From: Candidatus Omnitrophota bacterium
GTDB lineage: Bacteria > Omnitrophota > Gorgyraeia > Gygaellales > UBA12090
Length of the DNA: 39,935 nt
NCBI GenBank assembly: GCA_023247895.1
Contig: JAHFFP010000003.1
Location: 3,084-43,018, forward strand
Direction of reading: 5' to 3'
Of the stretch, positions 19,500 through 29,480 are shown one piece after another. Position numbers and translations under genes: made by a program. The notes beneath the pieces were generated by a model. The model was not told where the DNA came from. It did not search any database and was given only the letters and a program-made list of their open reading frames with translations. Each line of letters begins with the position of its first letter. Within the stretch, counting starts at the first letter, position 1.

Positions 19500-20210
19500 C
19501 TATGCCGCCCCAAACCTTCGCGCGCGTTTCTGATATTCGAGTATTGCCTCTTGGAAATTCTCTCTTTTAAAATCAGGCCAGCATACTTTTGGGAAATACA
19601 GTTCTGAGTATGAAAGCTGCCAGAGTAAAAAATTGCTGATGCGCACTTCTCCGCTAGTGCGGATTAACATATCCGGATCGGGAATCCCTGAGGTGTAAAG
19701 AAAGCTATTAAAACTCTCTTCATTAATATCTTCCGCGCGCGCCTTTTTAGCCATAATCTCTTTTGCTATTTTCTTCGCCGCATCCACTATCTCCTGCCGT
19801 GCGCCGTAATTAAACGCTAAGATAACCGTTAAGCCGGTATTATTCTTTGTCTTAGATTGCGCCGATACCAAATGCTTCCACAAGAAATCAGGAATAGGCT
19901 CTTTCCTGCCGATCACGCGCAGACGCATATTATGCTTCATCAACCGCGAAAGATTACGCTTCAGGAAAATATCTAACAAACGCATTAATACGGCTACTTC
20001 TATTCTCGAACGTTTCCAGTTCTCGGTGGAAAAAGCAAAAAAGGTTAAGAATTTTACTCCTATCGCATCCGCTTCCTCTATGATTTCTTCAGCCCGTTTA
20101 ACCCCTTCGCGGTGGCCCTCGCTACGGGCAAACCCTCGCTCTCTCGCCCAACGCCCATTCCCATCCATAATGATTGCCACATGCGCAGGGATATTCTCTT
20201 TATCTAACAT
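19500..20210 (-). CDS. uppS: di-trans,poly-cis-undecaprenyl-diphosphate synthase
   Basis: 236 aa. Shows HVAIIMDGNGRWA, LTxFAFSTENWKR, IRTSGExRxSNFLLWQxxYxELYF. Confidence 0.95.
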   Translation of the reverse strand: MLDKENIPAHVAIIMDGNGRWARERGFARSEGHREGVKRAEEIIEEADAIGVKFLTFFAFSTENWKRSRIEVAVLMRLLDIFLKRNLSRLMKHNMRLRVIGRKEPIPDFLWKHLVSAQSKTKNNTGLTVILAFNYGARQEIVDAAKKIAKEIMAKKARAEDINEESFNSFLYTSGIPDPDMLIRTSGEVRISNFLLWQLSYSELYFPKVCWPDFKRENFQEAILEYQKRARRFGAA

Positions 20211-20233
20211 ACGGTTACTGATACAAATACTCT

Positions 20234-21826
20234 CTATGCCGGAACATGGCTATGCACCCTATAATCTATATCAGGGAAAAGGTTATCTTTGTATTCTATA
20301 TCCGAAAGCCATGCTTCATCAATTGCGCGGGCTTTAATATCTTCATATAGTTTGCTGAATCTTACAATGTGCTCTTTGGTGCGTTTGAACGCATAACTCG
20401 TATGGGTTCCGGTTGCCAGAATAAATGCCCAATCTGAAGACTGAGCCAGAAATAACTCTCGTAGCGCCTGATTAAGGGCGCGCTGTATCAGCCCTTGGGC
20501 CTGAGGATAAAGAGCCACAAGCTCATTCATCCGCCAGCTTGCTTCATGCAGATGGCGGTATATCCAGTCATTGGTACCCTGAAGCCATACTTCAGAATAT
20601 CCCTTATACCCCCAGCTTGACATTGAAGGCGTAATCACCTGGTTCCTGGGGTTTTCCTCCAGATATTCCATAGGCGTAATCATACGAATCATATCCTGGT
20701 CAGAATGCAGCTTACGAATTAGAAAATCAAGCCACACCGGCCCCTCAAACCACCAATGTCCATAGAGTTCCGTATCATACGGAGAAACAATAATAGGCTT
20801 TTTCTCCAATAATTCATAAAGATATTCCACCTGCCGATGGCGGTTAAACATAAAGTTTCCTGCATGCGCTGCGGCTTTTTCTCTTGCCCACTCAGATACA
20901 TACGGTTTTTTTTCGTTAGTCTCTCCTGTAATACGGTAATATTTTATTCCTGTATTAATTCGTATCCCATCAGATGATATGTACGGCTTAATATAATCAA
21001 AATCCAAATCAAAACCAATGTCGCGATAAAACTCTCTATAGTTATAATCCCCGGGATACCCCTCGATAGACGACCACACCTGCTTTGAAGACTCAATGTC
21101 CCTGCCAAAACAGGCAACATGACTGCCCTTACAATACACCGGAGCAAACACCCCATACTTGGGCCGTGGTGAGCCATGCAAGATGCCGTGCGCATCCGTA
21201 AAAAAATATTTCAGGCCAACTTCTTTCAAAAAATAATCATCTCCGGGATTATACCCGCATTCAGGAAGCCAAATGCCACGGGGAAGGCGGCTGAACACTT
21301 TTTCATACTGGGCTACTGCTGTTTTAAGCTGCGCCCTCACTGAAGACTTAGCCACATCCATAAGGGGAAAATACCCGTGAGTTGCCCCGCAGGTGATAAT
21401 TTCAAGCTTGCCTAAGTCCTGAAATTTCTTAAAGGCATAAATAAGATTCCTGTGATACTGGTTAAAGATATCCCGGCAAAGCGTAAAACGCTCCAGGTAC
21501 ATCTTCGCAAGCCTATTAAAATCAGGCTCGAAACGCGTGCGCTCTAATTCCTTATGCGATAATTCAATCAGTTTTTCTATATGCTTAAGATACCGTTCTT
21601 GAAGAAGGCTGTCACCCAGCATTGAAATCAATGTCGGGGTAAGAGACATAGTGATTCTAAAATCCACCCTATCCCGCACTAACCTTTCAAAGACATCAAT
21701 TAAAGGTATGTACGTTTCTGTAATTGCCTCATAGAGCCAATCTTCTTCTAGAAAATCGTCAAATTCAGGATGCCTTACATAAGGTAAATGCGTATGCAGC
21801 ACTATACATAAATAGCCTTTATTCAT
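20234..21826 (-). CDS. glycoside hydrolase family 57 protein, probably a 1,4-alpha-glucan branching enzyme type
   Basis: 530 aa. N-terminus GYLCIVLHTHLPYVRHPE, later GxWLPECGY and DTELYGHWWFEGPxWL, matching GH57 branching-enzyme architecture with a helical C-terminal domain. Confidence 0.8.
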   Translation of the reverse strand: MNKGYLCIVLHTHLPYVRHPEFDDFLEEDWLYEAITETYIPLIDVFERLVRDRVDFRITMSLTPTLISMLGDSLLQERYLKHIEKLIELSHKELERTRFEPDFNRLAKMYLERFTLCRDIFNQYHRNLIYAFKKFQDLGKLEIITCGATHGYFPLMDVAKSSVRAQLKTAVAQYEKVFSRLPRGIWLPECGYNPGDDYFLKEVGLKYFFTDAHGILHGSPRPKYGVFAPVYCKGSHVACFGRDIESSKQVWSSIEGYPGDYNYREFYRDIGFDLDFDYIKPYISSDGIRINTGIKYYRITGETNEKKPYVSEWAREKAAAHAGNFMFNRHRQVEYLYELLEKKPIIVSPYDTELYGHWWFEGPVWLDFLIRKLHSDQDMIRMITPMEYLEENPRNQVITPSMSSWGYKGYSEVWLQGTNDWIYRHLHEASWRMNELVALYPQAQGLIQRALNQALRELFLAQSSDWAFILATGTHTSYAFKRTKEHIVRFSKLYEDIKARAIDEAWLSDIEYKDNLFPDIDYRVHSHVPA

Positions 21827-21840
21827 TTTTGGATAATTGG

Positions 21841-22869
21841 TTATTTAGTTTCTTTGTTTACTATGGGCGTGATGGTTATTTCATCAATACCATCCGATGA
21901 TTTTCCCTTGACAGGGATGACCAGTTTTGCGTCAGGCAGGCTAAAACGCAAAGAAAATGTTCCATCGGCCTTTAAGGTAACAGGCTTACCGCAGACAGTC
22001 ACTATTGCGTCAGGCTCAGTTGCGCCATAGACAATCAGCTCTGTGTTAACCACAAGCCAAAACTTACGTTTGTACGCCTCTTTTTTCTTCATCGGGCTAA
22101 ACCCAATCGAAGAAATACCTCCTGAACCCAATCCTCGCTTTTGCAGTTCTAACCACGGTTTTTTCAATTTTACCGGAGACCCCCCTAAACCGACTGAGGT
22201 TGCATAAAGCTTAACAAATAAATCTTCCGGCACCATCCACTCTTCATCAGTAACCCGCGAAGGGCCATCAAGCGGAGTGGTTACTACATTAGAACGCACT
22301 ATGGTAATAAACCTTCCGTCCGTTAACTTTAATCCCAGGTCCACGCACCATGACCTACCAGGCGTGCCAGTATCAATATACCAATTATACGCGTCATGGC
22401 CTATTTCAATATCAAAGAAGCGATGCGCATTTAAACCGCTAAAACTAATCGCGGTGACATCATATACCCGTAAGGCCTTTTTCGCGGTATCAAATAAACT
22501 GCCTATTTCATGCTTTAATCTTTGATACGTAGCATCCCTGACATCCCAATAGGCATATACCCACCAAGGATCCCTCACCATCAATACCATAATATCCTTG
22601 TTATATCTCTCGGGCAACTCTGCTTTTGTTATACGAGAAACCGGCGCCTCTAAAGGGAATTGGCTTATTGCCGCTTTTACTTGCGGATGAGTAAAATACT
22701 TTGCCTCCTCTACAGCAATGGCCTTAAAAGGCCTCCCCAAGGCAACCTTTTTAACAGGCAGCTTCTTTTTCTTTATTACTATTGCTTTTTCCAGGGTTTT
22801 TTTTGCCTTACCGGATAAATCTTTTAACTTCTGGCCCACCTTCTTTATCTTCCTGGTTATCTTTGCCAT
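21841..22869 (-). CDS. DUF4912-domain protein
   Basis: 342 aa. Lys-rich N-terminus, then MVRDPWWVYAYWDV..., a motif typical of DUF4912. Sits immediately upstream of the GH57 gene (14-nt gap). Confidence 0.6.
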   Translation of the reverse strand: MAKITRKIKKVGQKLKDLSGKAKKTLEKAIVIKKKKLPVKKVALGRPFKAIAVEEAKYFTHPQVKAAISQFPLEAPVSRITKAELPERYNKDIMVLMVRDPWWVYAYWDVRDATYQRLKHEIGSLFDTAKKALRVYDVTAISFSGLNAHRFFDIEIGHDAYNWYIDTGTPGRSWCVDLGLKLTDGRFITIVRSNVVTTPLDGPSRVTDEEWMVPEDLFVKLYATSVGLGGSPVKLKKPWLELQKRGLGSGGISSIGFSPMKKKEAYKRKFWLVVNTELIVYGATEPDAIVTVCGKPVTLKADGTFSLRFSLPDAKLVIPVKGKSSDGIDEITITPIVNKETK

Positions 22870-22962
22870 ATCTCACCCTCTCCTAGAATCCCGCCCGTGC
22901 CGGGGTAAATTCGACATACCCCGCCCTTTCTGGGTTTATGACAGAAAGGACGGGATGGCCTC

Positions 22963-23000
22963 ATTTACAAAAATGGGGGATACTTACTGCTATCCCCCAT
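22963..23000 (-). terminator. terminator-like hairpin plus U tract that coincides with an 11-codon mini-ORF
   Basis: Minus-strand RNA reads AUGGGGGAUA-gcaguaag-UAUCCCCCAU, a perfect 10-bp stem (22973..22982 with 22991..23000), followed by UUUUGUAAAU. Confidence 0.45.
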
Positions 23001-23052
23001 TGACACCTCCTTACAATACGCTACTTCCGCCAATTTCTATTCTTATCGCTTT

Positions 23053-23077
23053 ACAAGAAAATCTGCCAAAGGCAGAT
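23053..23077 (-). terminator. terminator-like hairpin plus U tract in the spacer downstream of the 23232..23618 gene
   Basis: Minus-strand RNA reads AUCUGCC-UUU-GGCAGAU followed by UUUCUUGU. The 3' arm plus U tract can instead pair over 15 bp with 23102..23116. Confidence 0.4.
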
Positions 23078-23231
23078 AACTTTTTGATAGCGAAGTCTAT
23101 GGGCAGATTTTCTTGTCCATAGGGGCTCACGCCCCTCTGGCGGTCGCTTCGCTCCCTGTCACCCCTTAAGGGGGTTGCCTGCAACCCCCTTACTGCACTG
23201 TCAGACTTATAAAATTTAATTTAACAGTGCA

Positions 23232-23618
23232 CTACTTGATTACTTTTGGCTGGGCAGACAGAGGCCCTTTCAAATCACTCTCAAGCGCCTCTTTAAGGCG
23301 AGTAACCCGCTCAAGCTCTACTTTTAATGCCTGCTCAGCAACCTGCTCTTGAGACAATACCTTCTTAGTTTCTTCATACTGAGTCTTTTCTTGCGCAAGC
23401 TGTGCCTGAGCAGCCTTTAATTCTTCAGCTACAGTAAACCTTTCCTTCTCAAGTTTCGCGTTCTTTTCTTCTAAATCCCAATATGCGGCTGCCTTACGGT
23501 CTGCAATATTTTTGTACTTCCTCACTTCCGAGATAGTTTTAAACCATAAAATAAAAAATATAATAGCAACCACCGATATCACGATAACAGCTGTATTTTT
23601 TCTCACCTGTCCCTCCAT
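23232..23618 (-). CDS. hypothetical small membrane-anchored coiled-coil protein
   Basis: One N-terminal TM (AVIVISVVAIIFFILWF) followed by about 90 aa of heptad-like, Glu/Lys/Gln/Ala-rich sequence. I place the start at the ATG 23618, preceded by GGGAGGTGG. The ORF-track start at 23624 is a GTG. Confidence 0.55.
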   Translation of the reverse strand: MEGQVRKNTAVIVISVVAIIFFILWFKTISEVRKYKNIADRKAAAYWDLEEKNAKLEKERFTVAEELKAAQAQLAQEKTQYEETKKVLSQEQVAEQALKVELERVTRLKEALESDLKGPLSAQPKVIK

Positions 23619-23755
23619 TACCACCTCCCGTTAGTGAACCCCATTAGAAAATATGGAGTTTTTACCCCGACCTTTATAGAAATGAAACCACGCCCCACTC
23701 TAAAAGGCGGCCTTTCTAATGGGGGTAAACTGCATTTTAAAGAATCGGCATCTGC

Positions 23756-24394
23756 TTATTTGTAATACTGTTTCGGTGCTTCAGGCGCGGCTTCTTCCTG
23801 TTTCTTTACTTTTGTAACTTTTGGCAGCACTACAATTTCAACTCTGCGGTTTAAGCGCATGCCTTCTTTAGTATCGTTTGAAGCAACAGGGTTAAACTCG
23901 CCGTATCCGATAGCCGAAAGCCTATTCCCCGAGATTCCTTTATCTTGGTTCAAATAATGTAAGACACTCAGTGCCCGTGACGTAGACAACTCCCAGTTAG
24001 ACTTCCACCCTGAATATTTTATGGGATTATTATCCGTATGACCCTCTATACCAATGCTATAGTCCGACAAATTCTCACTTAATACTGCAGCAACCTTATC
24101 TAACGTAGGCATTGCCTCTGATTTAATCTTTGCCTTACCGGAATCAAAGAGGATATCTGCAACAAAGGTTATGACTAAACCCTTCTCAGCCATTTCCAGG
24201 CGCACCTGTTTATCAGCAATTTCCTGTTTCAGGCGGTCTGCCAAAAGATTGCGCGCTGCCATCAATTCATCCAATTGGCCGCTTAATTCACTAATTTTCT
24301 CCACATCTGAACGCCGCCCTCTTTGGAAAATAATGGTACATCCATTTAAAATGACACCTGCTATTAAAAAAAATAATACAAATCTTTTTTTCAT
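23756..24394 (-). CDS. OmpA/MotB-family peptidoglycan-binding lipoprotein
   Basis: 212 aa. Lipobox-like LNGC, a coiled-coil linker, then the OmpA C-terminal domain (FDSGKAxI, GHTDNxP, SNWELSTSRA, NRRVEIVV). Confidence 0.8.
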   Translation of the reverse strand: MKKRFVLFFLIAGVILNGCTIIFQRGRRSDVEKISELSGQLDELMAARNLLADRLKQEIADKQVRLEMAEKGLVITFVADILFDSGKAKIKSEAMPTLDKVAAVLSENLSDYSIGIEGHTDNNPIKYSGWKSNWELSTSRALSVLHYLNQDKGISGNRLSAIGYGEFNPVASNDTKEGMRLNRRVEIVVLPKVTKVKKQEEAAPEAPKQYYK

Positions 24395-24420
24395 TTCTTA
24401 CGCCTCCTTTTGTAATTTTT

Positions 24421-24449
24421 AGGATAACACAGCTCATTCTGCAAGTCAA
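24421..24449 (-). promoter_or_regulatory. candidate sigma70-type promoter for the OmpA-like gene
   Basis: Minus strand reads TTGACT-17 nt-TATCCT with TGT immediately upstream of the -10 (extended -10-like). It lies 26 nt upstream of the ATG, and that leader contains AAGGAGG. Confidence 0.4.
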
Positions 24450-24593
24450 GCAAAATCTACCTCTGGGTTTCCCTGCCTGCTAAGCAAGCATAGACCTCGA
24501 CATCCTCTATAAAACATTAGAGGAAGGCGGGTCAAGAATCCAATGTAAGCAAGGAAAATCTCATAACCTGCTGATACTACATTACTAAAATCT

Positions 24594-26690
24594 CTACTTC
24601 AAGAACGTATTCTTGATGATAAACCCGGCAAAGACAATTGATACCATTGACATAAGTTTGATAAGAATATTGAGTGACGGGCCCGCGGTATCTTTAAATG
24701 GATCTCCTACCGTATCACCTACCACTGCCGCTTTGTGATTAGAAGAACCTTTACCTCCGAAATTTCCTTCCTCAATGTATTTCTTTGCATTATCCCATGC
24801 CCCTCCCGAATTCGCCATCATTACTGCTAAAACGAAGCCAGACACTAATGCGCCAGTAAGTAGCCCTACTTCAGCCTCTACCCCGATACACATCCCTACC
24901 AAAAGAGGCGCCAGCACCGCAAGCAATGACGGCGCTATCATTTCTTTTTGGGCCGCGGAGGTGGCGATATTTATGCAGCGGGTATAATCTGCATTTGATG
25001 TCCCTTCAAACAAACCCTTAATTTCCTTAAATTGCCGTCTCACCTCAACTACGATTTTTCCTGCCGCGCGGCCTACTGCAGCAATAGTTAATGCTGAAAA
25101 TAAAAAGGGAAGCATCCCTCCTATAAAAAGTCCGACAATAATCCGAGGATCCATCATATCCAACTGCAAATCTTTACCTAAGATAAATACCTGATCCTTA
25201 TATGCGGCGATGAGTGCTAATGCCGTTAACGCCGCAGAACCGATAGCAAAGCCTTTACCGGTTGCTGCGGTAGTATTACCGAGCGCATCAAGCGCATCAG
25301 TGCGCTCTCGCACCTGTGCAGGCGCCAGCGACATCTGAGCATTTCCCCCGGCATTATCCGCGATAGGCCCGTAGGCATCAGTTGCCAGAGTAATACCGAG
25401 CGTTGAAAGCATCCCTACTGCTGAAATAGCAATTCCATAAAGCCCCATATTAAAATTATGAGCTCCACCCGATAAATAAAATGACGCTAAAATCACACTG
25501 CTTACCGTAATTACAGGAATCAAGGTAGAAAGCATCCCCATGGAGACCCCGCTGATAATTACCGTAGCAGGGCCGGTTATTGATGCCTGGGCAATATTTT
25601 TTGTCGGCGCATAGCGCGAAGAAGTGTAATATTCAGTGGCTACGCCGATTAAAATACCGGCTAAAAGGCCTGAAAGCACTGACCAGTAAACTCCTAAATG
25701 CTGGATTCCTAAGGTATGCCTAATGAGTAAAAATGAAGTAACTGCCACAATTCCCGCACTCACAAATACACCGCGACGAAGCGCCGCAAGAAGCGCTGCC
25801 TGCGTGGCAGATTCTTTAGTCTGCACAAAAAAAGTACCAATAATGGAAGCAATAACTCCAAGCCCTGCCATTGCCATTGGCACAATAACACCTGCAATGC
25901 CTAATCCCGCGGCTACCCCAAGCGCGCTCGTTGCGACAATTGAGCCAACGTATGATTCATACAGGTCAGCACCCATCCCCGCGACATCACCGACATTATC
26001 GCCGACATTATCCGCGATGACCGCGGGATTTCGCGGGTCATCCTCGGGAATCCCCGCTTCAACTTTTCCTACAAGGTCAGCACCTACATCTGCTGCCTTA
26101 GTAAATATCCCACCACCCACTCTCGCAAAGAGGGCCTGGCATGATGCTCCCATGCCAAAGCAAAGCATAGTTGAAGTAATGCTAGAGATTTTATCGGCCC
26201 CAATCAATATGGGATGCGTAGAATAATACCAGTCTAAAATGCCATACCAGAGGACCAAATCCAATAACCCTAAGCCTACAACGGTTAAACCCATCACGCT
26301 TCCTGCAGAGAATGCCACACGTAGCGCCGCGTTCAGGCTCGTCTTTGCTGCTTGGGTAGTGCGGCTTGAGGCCTTGGTCGCAATAGTCATGCCGATAAAG
26401 CCGGAAAGGCCGGAAAAAAACCCTCCGCTTAAAAAAGCAAAAGGCACAAACATGACCAAATATCCTTTTATCGACATCCATAAAAGCATAAAAAATACTA
26501 CTAAGAAAAATATGCCCACGATTGAGTACTGCCTTTTCAGATAGGTAAATGCCCCTTCTGAAACAAACTTTGCAATTTCCTGCATCTTTTCAGTGCCGGG
26601 GTCTTTCGGTAATACTACTACAAAAATCAAATAAATCACAAAGGCTAATGCTAACCCCGCGCCCATCGGCGCAAGCCATAGTAGATTCAT
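24594..26690 (-). CDS. hppA: membrane-integral pyrophosphatase (pyrophosphate-energised cation pump), K+-dependent-type signature
   Basis: 698 aa polytopic protein. Shows [39 protein letters not shown] (Ala rather than Lys after GNTT) and [16 protein letters not shown]. Confidence 0.95.
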   Translation of the reverse strand: MNLLWLAPMGAGLALAFVIYLIFVVVLPKDPGTEKMQEIAKFVSEGAFTYLKRQYSIVGIFFLVVFFMLLWMSIKGYLVMFVPFAFLSGGFFSGLSGFIGMTIATKASSRTTQAAKTSLNAALRVAFSAGSVMGLTVVGLGLLDLVLWYGILDWYYSTHPILIGADKISSITSTMLCFGMGASCQALFARVGGGIFTKAADVGADLVGKVEAGIPEDDPRNPAVIADNVGDNVGDVAGMGADLYESYVGSIVATSALGVAAGLGIAGVIVPMAMAGLGVIASIIGTFFVQTKESATQAALLAALRRGVFVSAGIVAVTSFLLIRHTLGIQHLGVYWSVLSGLLAGILIGVATEYYTSSRYAPTKNIAQASITGPATVIISGVSMGMLSTLIPVITVSSVILASFYLSGGAHNFNMGLYGIAISAVGMLSTLGITLATDAYGPIADNAGGNAQMSLAPAQVRERTDALDALGNTTAATGKGFAIGSAALTALALIAAYKDQVFILGKDLQLDMMDPRIIVGLFIGGMLPFLFSALTIAAVGRAAGKIVVEVRRQFKEIKGLFEGTSNADYTRCINIATSAAQKEMIAPSLLAVLAPLLVGMCIGVEAEVGLLTGALVSGFVLAVMMANSGGAWDNAKKYIEEGNFGGKGSSNHKAAVVGDTVGDPFKDTAGPSLNILIKLMSMVSIVFAGFIIKNTFLK

Positions 26691-26707
26691 TTTATTCTCC
26701 CCATCTT

Positions 26708-26929
26708 AGTCACCAACTCACCAAGTCACAAGGACAACATATCCGCAATTAAACACGGAATTTGCATTAGGATTTTGGTAAAATGCTTCTAAATCTTTGC
26801 CCATACTGCGTTTCGCTCGCAAAAGCGTCCTCAGCGTATTACACTGATTAAAAGATTTTATAAAAATTCCAACACAAACTACCAACTGTTTTCCTGCATT
26901 TCCCTTTCCTGGTGAACCCTTGGTGACCT
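26708..26929 (-). repeat. inverted (TCACCAA)-type repeat arms bracketing the purA-hppA spacer
   Basis: AGTCACCAACTCACCAAGTCACAAGG (26708..26733) faces CCTGGTGAACCCTTGGTGACC (26909..26929). Confidence 0.5.
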
Positions 26930-26933
26930 CATT

Positions 26934-28205
<1,272 letters not shown>

Positions 28206-28232
28206 TTATACTGTATTGGAAACTAAGTAATG

Positions 28233-29480
28233 TTACGGAGTCATCGTAAATATCTTACGTGCGATATCCGGATACTTAGCAATAAACTTCAGCTCATCAT
28301 CAACTAACGGCTTCTGGCTATGCACATTGGCATAACGGACAAGTTCTAAGATTTCAGTTGCATGGGCATCATCCTTAAACTCGACTTCAAGTTTTTCATA
28401 CACATTCCTAAAACCCTTAATCCCTGAATATTCACCCGCGGTAATTTTTCTGCCCGTCTCAATAATCTCGGGCTCACCTCTTCCTAATTCCTCAAAATCA
28501 TATAACTCGTAATTTTTTCTGTCCTTAAGCGCCCCGTCAGCATGAATTCCGGATTCATGGGCAAAGGCATTAGCCCCCACTCCCGGCTGGTTTATCGGAA
28601 TGGGCACGCCAAAGGCATAAGAGGCATACTTACCTATCTTCCACGCAACTTTCAGGTCTGTTTTTTCATCTAACGCATATTTCCCGGACAATCCATTGGC
28701 ATATTTTATTGCCAAAATCACACTCACTAAATCCGCATTGCCCGCGCGCTCTCCCATACCGTTAACGCAGGTATTGATATACGCATCTACGCCGCAATCA
28801 AGGGCAGCCTTTGCCCCGGCAATGGAATTTGCCACCACCAACCCCAAATCATTATGGCAATGAACTTCTATAGGCAGCTGCACGCTTTCAGCCAGGAGTT
28901 TGATTCTATCATAAATAGTAAATGGGCTGTCACAGCCTAAGGTATCGCAATAGCGGATTCTGTCGGCTCCCGCGTCTTTTGCGGCTAAGGAAAATTCAAT
29001 TAAGTAATCCATACGCGTGCGTGAGGCATCCTCTGCGTTAACCCCCACAAGCTCTGCGCCGTGCTTCTTAGAGAGTTTCACCGCCTCAACCATTTCATCG
29101 ATTACTGAGGTATGATCAAGCTTTCCCTTAAACTTATGTACAATCATCTGATCAGAAGTAGAGATGGAAAGATTCACATATTTCAATTTTGGCACCTGCT
29201 TAAAGCTCGTCTTCACATCATCCCGCGTTGCCCGAAGCCAGCCGCTTAAGAAAATCGGCTCTAATACTCCTTTTTCTGCTAATTCCAGATTCGCATTCAG
29301 ATAATTAGTCTCATGGTGGGTTACCGGAAAACCAAACTCCGATTGAGCTACCCCCATCTGATTAAGATACATATTGATCATTGTTTTTTCTAACTTTGAC
29401 AAACAAATCCGCGATGTCTGAACACCGTCACGGTTAGTCACATCAAGAATATACATTTTTGGCTTGGCTATCGCGCTCAT
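28233..29480 (-). CDS. HMGL-like (isopropylmalate/homocitrate/Re-citrate synthase family) Claisen-condensing enzyme; specificity unresolved
   Basis: 415 aa. Shows LDVTNRDGVQ, HCHNDLGLxVANSIAG, GxGERAGNADL and HESGIHADG. It lacks the long LeuA regulatory C-terminal domain. Confidence 0.7.
   Translation of the reverse strand: MSAIAKPKMYILDVTNRDGVQTSRICLSKLEKTMINMYLNQMGVAQSEFGFPVTHHETNYLNANLELAEKGVLEPIFLSGWLRATRDDVKTSFKQVPKLKYVNLSISTSDQMIVHKFKGKLDHTSVIDEMVEAVKLSKKHGAELVGVNAEDASRTRMDYLIEFSLAAKDAGADRIRYCDTLGCDSPFTIYDRIKLLAESVQLPIEVHCHNDLGLVVANSIAGAKAALDCGVDAYINTCVNGMGERAGNADLVSVILAIKYANGLSGKYALDEKTDLKVAWKIGKYASYAFGVPIPINQPGVGANAFAHESGIHADGALKDRKNYELYDFEELGRGEPEIIETGRKITAGEYSGIKGFRNVYEKLEVEFKDDAHATEILELVRYANVHSQKPLVDDELKFIAKYPDIARKIFTMTP

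Noticed and set aside
22900-22925. GGGGTAAATTCGACATACCCC resembles the GGGG...AUUCGAC start of tmRNA
   Set aside because: About 350 nt downstream on the plus strand there is no matching 3' end: no T-arm GGxUCxAxUCC and no acceptor-completing ..CCACCA. No tag-peptide reading frame was evident either. It is more simply one of several GC-rich helices in the leader.
22718-23122. 134-aa plus-strand ORF spanning the DUF4912 5' end and most of the 362-nt spacer
   Set aside because: Its first half is antisense to a well-supported gene. It has no RBS, and its sequence is low-complexity. The open frame is better explained by chance in a GC-rich structured spacer.
25723-26226. 167-aa plus-strand ORF (also 26239..26544, 24775..24987 and 26549..26752) inside or next to hppA
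   Set aside because: These are antisense shadows of a highly conserved, GC-biased membrane-protein gene. Their Ala/Pro/Ser/Thr-rich translations are typical of reverse-frame artefacts.
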